Below, in pieces: positions 46,054 to 55,569 of a DNA stretch of 64,000 nucleotides. The position numbers and the translations under genes are program-made. Where the stretch lies: NCBI GenBank assembly GCA_019187365.1, contig JABARE010000046.1, positions 54,625 to 118,624 on the forward strand. Reading direction: 5' to 3'. The notes beneath the pieces are model-generated. The model was not told the DNA's origin and did no database searches. It saw only the letters and a program-made list of their open reading frames with translations. The stretch comes from Saprospiraceae bacterium (lineage in GTDB: Bacteria; Bacteroidota; Bacteroidia; Chitinophagales; Saprospiraceae). Each line of letters starts with the position of its first letter. Positions within the stretch are counted from its first letter, which is position 1.

Positions 46054-49014
46054 TTACCCATTTTCCACCGCCACCCCGTCCCGGGATTGTTTTTGTCTTT
46101 TTCTCCACAGGTTGAGCCAAACATAAAACACTCCAGAGACCAGAGCCAATAGTGCAAAAAGCTGAATCCTGGGTAGAACGAATGAGGAGTTTATCACAAC
46201 GGCCTGTGTGCTTCCGATCAGGATCAGCCCTGCCCAATCGTCCGGATAGACCGCCTTCCCGGCACGGAGGTACTGTCTTTTGCTTTCGGCAAGGGCGACG
46301 TCTTTGGGCATTTTGTATTCGAAAAGGTTTTCGTAAAAGGCGGGGATGATCTTTGAGGCGCCCTGGGTTTGAATTTTCCAAAGCGCTGTGATGAATGACC
46401 TGGCTCCCGAATAGGCCAGACCGCGGGCAATGCTGATGTTACCTTCGCCCGCCCGGTGTTGTCCCAGTGCCGTTTCGCATGCAGTGAGGGTGATGAGTTC
46501 AGACTGGACGGGGTGCAGGTAGAGTTCTCGCAAGTAGAGCAATGCGGAAGAATCAACTTCTTCGGATTGCTGTGAAAAGGCCAGATAGCTCGAATCCGGA
46601 TTGGGTGAATCGTTGCCGTGGGCTGAAAGGTGCACGTAGGCGCAGGTGCGAAGGGCCTCGAGGAACTGTTGCTTTTTTGCCGGTCTGATGATCTCAGCTC
46701 CGTAGACGCGCTCCCCGATCGCACGCGCTTCCATTTCCTGGTAGACCAGGTGTGGCAGTTCGCTCGATTGCCTGCTGAATTCCGGCACAAAAATTTTTAG
46801 CGAACTGCAATGCAATTCTGCAGGTGGGCTTACCGTCATTTGTTGCAATGTGCGGATTGAAAATCCGTAGCTTAGGCTTTTCGACTGGATAAGAAAATTG
46901 CCGGCACCCACCTGCCTGGGAATATCATCTACTGGTAAATCCACCTTGCGAAGTAGAGCATCAAAAGGAAGGTCGCTTAAAACATCGTCGGGGATGAGGA
47001 TCAGGCGTTCGGGAAGATCGATTTGCACTTTTCCGATGAGCAACTCGTACAAAGTATGTGCGGTTTTTGAAAATTGCGAAGCGCGCTCTGCAGACCGCAG
47101 GCCATCGGCGCCTGCCGGATTCATATTTTCCCTGAAAATACTAACGTGCCGGCGCAACTCTTCTTTGGATATCTGTACCGTATCGAGTGCAAATTGTTTT
47201 CCGTTGAACGCAAAGATGTACAGGGTTTCCTCCCCTGCAACATATTCAATCAATGCCTGTCCGGATGAGAGAAGCTGGTCTTGCAGACCCTGCAGGCCGA
47301 CTTCTGCGCTGCCGAAGCGAAGCTGGTGGTAGGCGGGGGCGTCGCGTCGCAGCGCTTCGAGGTATCGCCACTGGAGGCTGTCGGCCATTGGCTGGAGCTC
47401 CGGAAACTGGAGGGCCCTGCGATGAACCGCCGAAAGTTCAAACTGCTTGCGAAGTAGATGCGGTGGCAGCAAATCGCTGGCTGAGTTGAGACGCGACCGC
47501 TCCATGAGCAAAAAGGTTTTCCCTTGTTCGGCCATCTGAAGTGCGCGCTCTTTGAAGGCATCTCCGCCTCCGGCGAAATACAGGGCGCTGAGGTCTGCAA
47601 CGGCATCCGGCAGCCACTGGCGAGCCTCCTCTGCGAGCTGGATTTTGGCTTCGTCGCTGACGAGGTTGGCGCGAACGTAGTTTAACAGTGCCGCCAGACT
47701 GTCGTAGGCAATGCCGGAGTGTCTCCGGTGGATGGGATCCCGCTCTGAAAGCAGCAGGTGGGTGCGCCCTATGCTTCCCAGCAAATACAGCGCGGTCAGA
47801 TAACCATCCTGGTACATTTTGCGAACGGGAGGCAATGAATCCCAGGTGTAGCGCTCGCCACTTATGTGCTGCATGGCCTGTGCGTACGAATGCAGTCCGC
47901 GCTGCAAATCGCCGGATTTGACATAACTCGATCCCAGGCTGGTGAGCAGGCCTGCAACACCAATATCCACACTGGCCAGTTTGGTTTGTTGCACCCAAAT
48001 CAAATGCGGAGTTATGACCTGGACTGCCCTGGCATACTGTTTTTGAGCAAAAAGTGCTGCGCCGACACCATTCAGTCCATAGATGGCTTGCAGGGTATCG
48101 CCCGTTAGGAGAGAGGCCTCCAAAACGCCCTGGAAATGATCTTCCGCTCCTTTCGCAAGCGAATTTTTGGAATCCGGCGCTATTTCCTGTGCTGTTGCAT
48201 CGAGACAAATTTTTCCCAAGGTCAATCGGACATAAGTCAGTTGGCGCAGCGAATCTGAGGGATCGACAATACGGCGCAGCAATTCAAGGCCCAGTTTGCC
48301 CTGCTCCAGTGCGAGTTCCCACTGCCTCCGGGCAGACATGGCATTGATCCTGTTGGATACCAGGTCGTGAAAAAAGGAGCTTGCCTTCTCCCAACTTATG
48401 GAATCTCTGCCGGGACCCCTGGAAATGGTCTCCAGGGCGATGTCAAAATTCCGTATGGCGCTTGCTGGGTCACCCGACAATCGGTAGCATTCTCCAAGTT
48501 TTGTGCGGTTGTAAATGTTGGGAAAGATGGCAAAGCGTTCCTGGTCGACAATGGCCTTTTCAAAATGCGGTATGGCGGACAGGTAATCGCCCTCCCAGCT
48601 GTACGACAGTCCGATGTTGCTTTGCGCCCTGAGAATATCCAAGTGGATGCTGTCTCCGTAATAGGCCTGGCGCAGTTTGAGCGCAGCGCCATAGAGACGC
48701 CGTGCTTCCGGGCGACTGCTCCGCAGGTATGGGATTCCCGCCACATGAAGGACATCGGCCCAGCGAAGCAAAATGCTGTCCCGGTCCGGGGTGCAGGTCA
48801 ATGCCAGTATGGAGTCAGCGAAGACCAACACCAACTGTGGGTCGCCGGTCATCAACGAAATATCTGCCATTGATCGCAGCGCTGCGGCGTCGCAAACCCG
48901 CGTCTGATCCCTGCGACCTCCAGCCTGGTCTGTTGAGCAAGACGAAGTTGCGAGAAGGATCAACCAAACTCCCGCCACGACAGAACACATCCGGTACAAT
49001 GCCACCGTTTTCAT
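46054..49014 (-). CDS. TPR-repeat CHAT-domain (caspase-like) protein with lipoprotein-type signal and C-terminal TM anchor
   Basis: 986 aa. The N-terminus is MKTVALYRMCSVVAGVWLILLATSSCS. The central region is long and TPR-like. The CHAT region carries YVHLSAHG (His) and LITLTACETALG (Cys). The C-terminus has the TM helix LFALLALVSGVFYVWLNLW followed by a basic tail. Confidence 0.82.
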   Translation of the reverse strand: MKTVALYRMCSVVAGVWLILLATSSCSTDQAGGRRDQTRVCDAAALRSMADISLMTGDPQLVLVFADSILALTCTPDRDSILLRWADVLHVAGIPYLRSSRPEARRLYGAALKLRQAYYGDSIHLDILRAQSNIGLSYSWEGDYLSAIPHFEKAIVDQERFAIFPNIYNRTKLGECYRLSGDPASAIRNFDIALETISRGPGRDSISWEKASSFFHDLVSNRINAMSARRQWELALEQGKLGLELLRRIVDPSDSLRQLTYVRLTLGKICLDATAQEIAPDSKNSLAKGAEDHFQGVLEASLLTGDTLQAIYGLNGVGAALFAQKQYARAVQVITPHLIWVQQTKLASVDIGVAGLLTSLGSSYVKSGDLQRGLHSYAQAMQHISGERYTWDSLPPVRKMYQDGYLTALYLLGSIGRTHLLLSERDPIHRRHSGIAYDSLAALLNYVRANLVSDEAKIQLAEEARQWLPDAVADLSALYFAGGGDAFKERALQMAEQGKTFLLMERSRLNSASDLLPPHLLRKQFELSAVHRRALQFPELQPMADSLQWRYLEALRRDAPAYHQLRFGSAEVGLQGLQDQLLSSGQALIEYVAGEETLYIFAFNGKQFALDTVQISKEELRRHVSIFRENMNPAGADGLRSAERASQFSKTAHTLYELLIGKVQIDLPERLILIPDDVLSDLPFDALLRKVDLPVDDIPRQVGAGNFLIQSKSLSYGFSIRTLQQMTVSPPAELHCSSLKIFVPEFSRQSSELPHLVYQEMEARAIGERVYGAEIIRPAKKQQFLEALRTCAYVHLSAHGNDSPNPDSSYLAFSQQSEEVDSSALLYLRELYLHPVQSELITLTACETALGQHRAGEGNISIARGLAYSGARSFITALWKIQTQGASKIIPAFYENLFEYKMPKDVALAESKRQYLRAGKAVYPDDWAGLILIGSTQAVVINSSFVLPRIQLFALLALVSGVFYVWLNLWRKRQKQSRDGVAVENG

Positions 49015-49179
49015 TGATCGAATCCTAAATGCTTAAACCCTTTTTACTAACAAATGTTCGTTTACTTACTAACGTTTGTATGCTCCTCCAATACTGCCGG
49101 AAGTGCAGTTGCTTAACGCGTCACCGCGATCAAAATTTCCCCCCTGCCCTCCTGGCTTTGCACCATTGGGGTTCAGCAA

Positions 49180-50664
49180 TCAAAATTCCACTGGGGGGCC
49201 GGATGGTGGCTCAGAACAAATCTTCTTCGCTGCTGAAGCAAGATCAATCCCCTCATAGACTTTCCCGGATGGAACTCCGGTTTGCGTCGTTGCCAGGTTC
49301 AACAGTCTTTGCTTCATCAAATCAGGAGCCATTCCCGGATGTACCGAACGCATCAGCGCGGCGAGGCGCACCACCAGGGGCGCAGCGAAGGAGGTTCCCG
49401 ACTTAACGGCAAATCCGGTGCTGTTTCTTTCGCTCATTATTTGCGGAACATATATACCTTCTCCGCGAATTGCTACATCCATATAGCTTGTTGTTGCCCC
49501 GGCTGGGTTGAAGTTTGAAAACTCAGCGAGGTCGTTTCCGTTCGCATTCAACGCACCGACCGTGATTGCCCCGGGGAAAGAGGCGACTACTGACGCCGGA
49601 TAGAATCGCCAGGAATCTGTCAACGGCTGTCCACCGTTGCCAACACCCGCGACTACAAACACCCCAGCCACTGCTGCCAAATTTAAGAAATCGGAAAATG
49701 CGTTCTTGAAATTTTGAGCCAGGCCTTCAGAAACCGGATTGCCCGATTCGATAAAGTATTCAAATCCCCAACTGATGTTGATGATATCCGGCTGCTGACC
49801 GAGTGCGATGTACAATCCACAAAGTGCATCGAACAGATCTCCCGTTTTCGTATCGCCCTCCGTGGTGCGCACGTTGACGAATTTCATGGGGAAACTATGC
49901 GGAAAATTGGGGCGAGAGGCTCCCAACGCAACGCCGTTGACGGATGTTCCGTGGCCGTGCTCGTCGATGGGTTCGCCACTCAAAATACCGGCCAAGCACT
50001 TAACCCCGCGGACATTCGAAGGACATCCGGCGCACGTTTTATTCTCCCAGTATTCCTCCCATGTTGAATTCGTCAGAAAACTCCACGCATTGCCGACCGG
50101 AGGTTCCACCCCACTGTCCACGATGGCAATTTTTACCTCGGTATTCGCAGGACAAGCGGGTTGTGGGTACAGGGGCCAAACTTCCTCATTGGTTGTGTCC
50201 TTAGGACTTGGTATATCATCGGACGATTCCGGCGGGTCATTCTCAATTACGATATTGGGAAAAATGTCCAAGCCAATGCCTCCAACTCTTGGCCCTACTA
50301 CAGGGGGTGCACCCACATCGATGCCTTTGACGCTCGGGTACTCCCACAACTCAAACCCCGGACCGCACGGACAGATTTTTACTTGCCGGAAGCACTTGCT
50401 GCGAAGCTCTTCGCGAGCGGCTTCCGGTTCCTGGTTTTTGCTCGGATCAAAGATGAGCTGGTTGCAGCGGTGAGGGAGTTTGAAGTAACCATCCCGCATG
50501 TTGAATTTCAGCATATCCACCTTGCGGCAGGTTTCGTGCTTGCAGACGCCAATCTTAAAATAGCAGGGGTTAAAAATGAGAACCCATCCCAGGATGCAGA
50601 GGATGGCTGCTGCAGCGACGACGATCAAGCGACGCCAGCGAAAAGGACGATTTTCTGTTGCCAT
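49180..50664 (-). CDS. membrane-anchored S8-family serine peptidase with Cys-rich N-terminal region
   Basis: 494 aa with the signal anchor RRLIVVAAAAILCILGWVLIF. There are 9 Cys in the roughly 80 residues after the TM helix. The triad motifs are IAIVDSGVE, HGHGTSVNG and SGTSFAAPLV. Confidence 0.85.
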   Translation of the reverse strand: MATENRPFRWRRLIVVAAAAILCILGWVLIFNPCYFKIGVCKHETCRKVDMLKFNMRDGYFKLPHRCNQLIFDPSKNQEPEAAREELRSKCFRQVKICPCGPGFELWEYPSVKGIDVGAPPVVGPRVGGIGLDIFPNIVIENDPPESSDDIPSPKDTTNEEVWPLYPQPACPANTEVKIAIVDSGVEPPVGNAWSFLTNSTWEEYWENKTCAGCPSNVRGVKCLAGILSGEPIDEHGHGTSVNGVALGASRPNFPHSFPMKFVNVRTTEGDTKTGDLFDALCGLYIALGQQPDIINISWGFEYFIESGNPVSEGLAQNFKNAFSDFLNLAAVAGVFVVAGVGNGGQPLTDSWRFYPASVVASFPGAITVGALNANGNDLAEFSNFNPAGATTSYMDVAIRGEGIYVPQIMSERNSTGFAVKSGTSFAAPLVVRLAALMRSVHPGMAPDLMKQRLLNLATTQTGVPSGKVYEGIDLASAAKKICSEPPSGPPVEF

Positions 50665-50888
50665 GATTCAGTTGGTTTGTTTTGTGATATTGTGTAAATA
50701 TAAGTAAAATATTAAGCAGTTGGCCAATTTTATTTTTGGCGGCAGGAGCAATTGCCCTACAAAACAGATTCGGCTGCCCTTGCGGGCAGATCCGGGATGG
50801 ATAGAAAAGTCGCCCTGGATTTTGCCTGTGTTTCAAAAAAAGGTGCACGTATTCCGGAATCACTACGGGAGTTGGCGCCCCGGTGTGC

Positions 50889-51269
50889 TCATTCCTCCTC
50901 GTCCTTCGTGGAGCCCGCCTTGCCTTCGTATTTCTTAAAGAGCGCTTCCACGCGATAGACTTCATCGACCATCTCGTCGATGTAGAAGCGGAGTTCGGGC
51001 ATGTGGCGAACCTGCTTGCGGATGCGTTGGTGAAGGGAGGTCTTCAGCCGGAGATTGTGCTCTTCGAGGGCGCTGACCAGAGCCAACTTGTTTGCAACAT
51101 TGAAAATGCTCAGGTAAATCTTTGCCAGGCCGAGATCAGGACTCATGGTGACCTGAGTAACCGTCACCAGGGCCTGGGGACCGTACACATAGCGGCCTTC
51201 TGTGCTGAGCACTGCGCTGAACTGCCTGCGTATCAGTTCGCCTACCTGCCGCTGACGTATGCTCTCCAT
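50889..51269 (-). CDS. rbfA: ribosome-binding factor A
   Basis: 126 aa from ATG 51269 (MESIRQRQVGELIRRQFSAVL...VTQVTMSPDLGLAKIYLS), the typical RbfA KH-like core. Confidence 0.85.
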   Translation of the reverse strand: MESIRQRQVGELIRRQFSAVLSTEGRYVYGPQALVTVTQVTMSPDLGLAKIYLSIFNVANKLALVSALEEHNLRLKTSLHQRIRKQVRHMPELRFYIDEMVDEVYRVEALFKKYEGKAGSTKDEEE

Positions 51270-51286
51270 GACCTGCTGTAATCGCA

Positions 51287-51294
51287 CAAAATTA
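51287..51294 (-). promoter_or_regulatory. Bacteroidota -7 promoter box TAATTTTG upstream of rbfA
   Basis: The reverse complement of caaaatta matches TAnnTTTG, 17 nt upstream of ATG 51269. Confidence 0.45.
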
Positions 51295-51397
51295 TTCATA
51301 TAACCGTGGCACAACGGCGCAAATTGCACAAAAGGAGGTCAAAGAGCCGACAATTCCCGCTTTGCCTTGTTATTTTGCAGTAAAGCCAAACTTCCAA

Positions 51398-53500
51398 ATG
51401 GCACTGCGCCTCGATAGTCCGCTAGAATTTGTCAAAGGGGTCGGGCCCCAGCGCGCCCGGCTGCTCTCCGACCAGCTCGGAATGGATACGGTTGGAGCGA
51501 TGCTGCTGTATTTTCCCTTTCGGTACATCGACAAGACCCGGTACACGCCTTTGGCCGAGGCCACGCAGGACGGACAGTTCTATCAATGCCGGGGAAAGCT
51601 TACCGGTCTGGAGCACCACGGTTTCGGGCGATCCCGAAGGCTCACCGCCATGCTGGATGACGGCACCGGGCGCATCGAGCTGATCTGGTTTCAACACTAC
51701 CAGTGGTTTTTAGACAAAGCGGAGGTTGGCAAGGAATACCGCATTTTCGGGCGTTTGAAGCTGGCGCGCACCGGCAAAAGCATGGCCCACCCGGAGATCG
51801 CCCTTATGATGGCGGAGCCACAGCCCAATTCCCTCCGCTGGGAACCCGTCTATCCGTCCGGAGAGGCCCTCGCCAAAAAGGGCTACGACAGCCGCGGCAT
51901 CAAAAACCTGGTGTTTCAGATCTTTCAAAACCTCGATGTGCGGATGGTTGATGAGACCCTGCCAACGTACATCCTGGAGAAATATCGCCTGATGAACCGC
52001 CAGGAAGCCTTACTCAACATCCACTTTCCCAAAGACGAGCAGAGCCTGGCCCGTGCGCGGCAGCGCCTCAAATTTGAAGAGCTGTTTGCACTCCAGCTCC
52101 GCATGGTGAGAAACATGTACCTGCGAAAAAAGAAAGATTCGGGCATCCCCATGGCCAGCCCCGGCGAACTGTACCAAAACTTTTATGAAAACCACCTGCC
52201 CTTTGCACTCACCGGCGCCCAGGAACGCGTTCTCAGGGAGCTCCAGTTGGATCTGCGCTCGGGATACCAGATGAACCGTTTGTTGCAGGGCGATGTGGGC
52301 AGCGGAAAAACCATCGTAGCCTTGCTGACCATGGTCTGGGCCATCAGCCAGGGCCATCAGGCCTGCATTATGGCGCCCACCGAGGTGCTTGCACAGCAAC
52401 ACTACGAGAGCATTGCCTCCCTGATACGAACCATTGACCTTCGTTGCGCCCTGCTGACCTCATCGGTAAAGGCCGCTGACAGGATGCTGTTGCTCGGTAT
52501 GCTGGCGCGGGGAGAGATTCACATCCTCATAGGCACCCATGCCGTCCTCGAAGACAAGGTCGTCTTTAGCCAACTCGGCCTCGTCGTGATCGACGAGCAA
52601 CACCGTTTTGGGGTGGAACAGCGCGCCAAGCTGTGGGGGAAAGCCCATCCCCTCCCCCCTCACGTGCTCGTCATGACGGCAACGCCCATTCCGAGAACCC
52701 TCGCCATGAGCCTCTACGGCGACCTCGACGTTTCGGTGATCGACGAACTCCCGCCAAACCGGCGGGCCATCGTGACCAAACATTTTACGGAGGCGTACCG
52801 GATCACGCTCTACGAATTTATGAAAGAGCAGATCGCCGAAGGCCGCCAGGTGTACATCGTCTTTCCTCTCATCGAGGAGAGTGCAAAAATGGACATTGAG
52901 AACCTCGAGATGGGCTACGAGCGGCTGCTCGAGTATTTCCCGCGACCTCAATACCAGATTGCCGTTGTTCACGGGCGGTTGAAACCCAAAGACAAAGCCA
53001 ACGAGATGACGCGCTTTGCCCGCGGACGAGCCAACATTATGGTGGCGACTACGGTCATCGAAGTGGGTGTCAACGTTCCGAATGCGACAATCATGGTCAT
53101 CGAAAATGCTGAGCGTTTCGGACTGTCCCAACTGCACCAGTTGCGGGGGCGCGTGGGCCGGGGAGCCGATCAGTCCTACTGTGTGCTGATGACGGCAAAC
53201 CGCCCTGCAGGGGATGCGGCAGAACGCATTCGTACGCTGTGCGCCACCAACGACGGCTTCGCCATTGCCGAGGCAGACCTTCGTCTGCGTGGCCCCGGCG
53301 ACCTGGACGGCACCCGCCAAAGTGGCTTGCTCGAACTCAAGGTCGCCAACCTTTCCGAAGACCAGCCCATGTTGTACGCCGCCCGGCGGCTGGCAGAAGC
53401 CATCCTGAGGCGGGATCCCGGACTCGATCATCCACTCAACGCGCTTCTCCGGAAACTGTTTGAAGGTGACCCGGACCAACCCATTGGCAAAATAGCCTGA
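51398..53500 (+). CDS. recG: ATP-dependent DNA helicase RecG
   Basis: It has N-terminal LEFVKGVGPQRARLL, motif I GDVGSGKT and motif II DEQHRFG. ATG 51398 is preferred over the TTG track start at 51362. Confidence 0.93.
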   Translation: MALRLDSPLEFVKGVGPQRARLLSDQLGMDTVGAMLLYFPFRYIDKTRYTPLAEATQDGQFYQCRGKLTGLEHHGFGRSRRLTAMLDDGTGRIELIWFQHYQWFLDKAEVGKEYRIFGRLKLARTGKSMAHPEIALMMAEPQPNSLRWEPVYPSGEALAKKGYDSRGIKNLVFQIFQNLDVRMVDETLPTYILEKYRLMNRQEALLNIHFPKDEQSLARARQRLKFEELFALQLRMVRNMYLRKKKDSGIPMASPGELYQNFYENHLPFALTGAQERVLRELQLDLRSGYQMNRLLQGDVGSGKTIVALLTMVWAISQGHQACIMAPTEVLAQQHYESIASLIRTIDLRCALLTSSVKAADRMLLLGMLARGEIHILIGTHAVLEDKVVFSQLGLVVIDEQHRFGVEQRAKLWGKAHPLPPHVLVMTATPIPRTLAMSLYGDLDVSVIDELPPNRRAIVTKHFTEAYRITLYEFMKEQIAEGRQVYIVFPLIEESAKMDIENLEMGYERLLEYFPRPQYQIAVVHGRLKPKDKANEMTRFARGRANIMVATTVIEVGVNVPNATIMVIENAERFGLSQLHQLRGRVGRGADQSYCVLMTANRPAGDAAERIRTLCATNDGFAIAEADLRLRGPGDLDGTRQSGLLELKVANLSEDQPMLYAARRLAEAILRRDPGLDHPLNALLRKLFEGDPDQPIGKIA

Positions 53501-53653
53501 GCAGACGCGCCGCCCATCCACTGCCTCTCCGTTGCCCGGCCAGCAAGCACGCCAGAATTCCACCCCATCAAAATGCAGAATTGCCGAATTCAGGGCAGCA
53601 TTTGCAACAAATGCGGTATCTTAGCTACTGAATACAGACAATCAAATTTAGAG

Positions 53654-54127
53654 ATGAAATACGCAATTGGTTTTGTTTGCAGCCTCCTGTTGTGTGCCAA
53701 TGCCCTCTTCGCCCAACGCGAATTGCAGCAGGCAGTCGATCAGACGGACACCCGTGCGATCAAAGAGTGGATCTCTGCCGGTAACGAGGTCAACTCGGTG
53801 CTCTACCTCAACGAGCAAAAGATGACGATGCTGAGTTACGCCTCTCTGGCTGGCAAGGCCGAAGTTGTGGGACTCCTACTCAACCGCGGTGCCGACGTCC
53901 ACGCAAAGGTCAATTTTGAAGATGCCCTGATGTTTGCTGCCCGCAACGGCAACATGGAGGTCATAGCGCTTTTGCTTGAAGCCGGAGCCAACCCCATGAA
54001 TGAAAACAGGGACGGCAAATGCGCCCGTGACCTGGCCAACGACCACCACAACACCAGCGCCTACAATTTGCTGAAGGAGGAAACGGAAAAACGCGTCAAC
54101 GCCATTCGTGCCAGGAGCCTGAAGTAA
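53654..54127 (+). CDS. secreted ankyrin-repeat protein
   Basis: 157 aa from ATG 53654. It has the signal peptide MKYAIGFVCSLLLCANALFAQ and about 3 ANK repeats (MLSYASLAGKAEVVGLLLNRGADVHAK; ALMFAARNGNMEVIALLLEAGANP). Confidence 0.75.
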   Translation: MKYAIGFVCSLLLCANALFAQRELQQAVDQTDTRAIKEWISAGNEVNSVLYLNEQKMTMLSYASLAGKAEVVGLLLNRGADVHAKVNFEDALMFAARNGNMEVIALLLEAGANPMNENRDGKCARDLANDHHNTSAYNLLKEETEKRVNAIRARSLK

Positions 54128-54336
54128 CGAAACTGCTCCCGGCAGCTTTCACGCTCCTGCCCCACTCCGATTCCGGCAGAGGGCTCATGAGTACTTTCCA
54201 ATTCATTGAACCTTAGGGTATCGGTTATTTTTATACCGCACAATGGGGCTTTGTTTCTGCTCTTCGGCGCGGTTGTACTGGATGCATTTCTGTTTGAGAT
54301 AAGTTGCACGAGTGATGTATTGTCGCCGGTAGAGGA

Positions 54337-54344
54337 TATTTTTG
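54337..54344 (+). promoter_or_regulatory. Bacteroidota -7 promoter box TATTTTTG upstream of the serA-like gene
   Basis: It is a perfect TAnnTTTG match only 4 nt before ATG 54349, so either the mRNA is leaderless or the true start is further downstream. Confidence 0.35.
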
Positions 54345-54348
54345 GGCC

Positions 54349-55308
54349 ATGAGCTGGAATGTATTGATTGCCGACGGCCTTGAAGAGGCCGGGATCCAAA
54401 TCCTTCAGGCGCACGGGATCCGGACCGTTTCCCAACACCTGGATGCCGAAGCACTTGTCGACGTCCTCCCTTCTTACCAGGGAATTGTCGTGCGAAGCGC
54501 CACCCAGGTGCGCAAAGCGCTGATAGACCGCTGCCCATCTTTGCGTTTCATTGCCCGTGCTGGTGTGGGACTCGACAACATTGATGCAGAATACGCCAAA
54601 AACCGTGGCATTGCCGTTCTCAACACGCCCGCGAGCTCGTCGCGATCGGTTGCAGAACTTGCACTCGGTCACATGCTTACGCTGGCGCGGGGGCTACAAC
54701 GATCCAACCGGGAGCTCGACGGTCCCGAACGTTTTAGAAGCCTTAAAAAACAACTCAGTTCGTCAACGGAACTCAGGGACAAGGTGCTGCTATTGGTTGG
54801 CTTCGGACGCATTGGCCGCGAGCTTGGCCAAATGGCGATCGGCATGGGCATGGACCTCCTTGCCAGCGACCCCTTCGTTCGCGAAGCCCACCTCGAATGG
54901 GCGGTTGCCAAGACGGCTTTAAGGGTTTCCGTACCGCTGGTTTCAATTGAAGAAGGCCTCGCTCATGCCGACTACATCAGTCTTCACGCCCCTTACATCG
55001 GCGAACCCGTCATTCACAGCGGAAACATTGGCCTCTGCAAACCCGGCGCCCATTTGATCAATACTTCCCGCGGCGAAAACATCGACGAAGAGGCGCTGCT
55101 CACCGCCCTCAATGCAAACAAACTCGGGGGAGCCGGCTTGGATGTATTCTCCAAAGAGCCTGATCTGCGCAGGGAACTCATCGCCCATCCTAAAGTGTCT
55201 CACACACCCCACATCGGCGCTTCCACCCTTGAAGCACAGGAACGCATAGCGCTTGAACTGGCAAGCCAGATTGTGGCACTCTGCGATAAGGAAACATTCA
55301 GCTCCTGA
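54349..55308 (+). CDS. serA: D-isomer-specific 2-hydroxyacid dehydrogenase (3-phosphoglycerate dehydrogenase-like, no ACT domain)
   Basis: 319 aa with the NAD-binding motif VGFGRIGRELG and catalytic-region motifs (NTSRG, HIGAST). Confidence 0.8.
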   Translation: MSWNVLIADGLEEAGIQILQAHGIRTVSQHLDAEALVDVLPSYQGIVVRSATQVRKALIDRCPSLRFIARAGVGLDNIDAEYAKNRGIAVLNTPASSSRSVAELALGHMLTLARGLQRSNRELDGPERFRSLKKQLSSSTELRDKVLLLVGFGRIGRELGQMAIGMGMDLLASDPFVREAHLEWAVAKTALRVSVPLVSIEEGLAHADYISLHAPYIGEPVIHSGNIGLCKPGAHLINTSRGENIDEEALLTALNANKLGGAGLDVFSKEPDLRRELIAHPKVSHTPHIGASTLEAQERIALELASQIVALCDKETFSS

Positions 55309-55334
55309 ATACCCGGTTCATAATCGAACCATAT

Positions 55335-55569
55335 TAGGGCACTTCTAAAGACTCCCTGTTGACGACTGGATGAAAAGGGCTACCTCTCTTCACTCCCTGT
55401 TGCTGCCAGAATGGATAATTTAGGGCTTCAAGACGAGGCGCAGTGAAGGAAGCTGCGAGGAACGATAATTGACTGAGCTGCAACGAAGGACTGTGTAGCA
55501 AAAATCTTTGAGCGCGTAAGCCTCTGCGGGAAGACTGGCGCAATTGGGAGGTCTTAGAGGTGTCCTTTA
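55335..55569 (+). mobile_element. MITE-like repeat, copy A (diverged; duplicated left arm)
   Basis: The left end TAGGGCACTTCTAAAGACTCCC matches the reverse complement of the right end, TAAAGGACACCTCTAAGACCTCCC. The internal core GACTGAGCTGCAACGAAGGACTGTGTAGC...CTTTGAGCGCGTAAGC is homologous to copies B-D. It fills the serA / TPR-gene intergenic region, and its last 3 nt are the TAA stop of the TPR gene. Confidence 0.6.

Noticed and set aside
52460-53563. 367-aa ORF antisense to recG
   Set aside because: It is a shadow ORF opposite a clear RecG helicase and has no recognisable domain.
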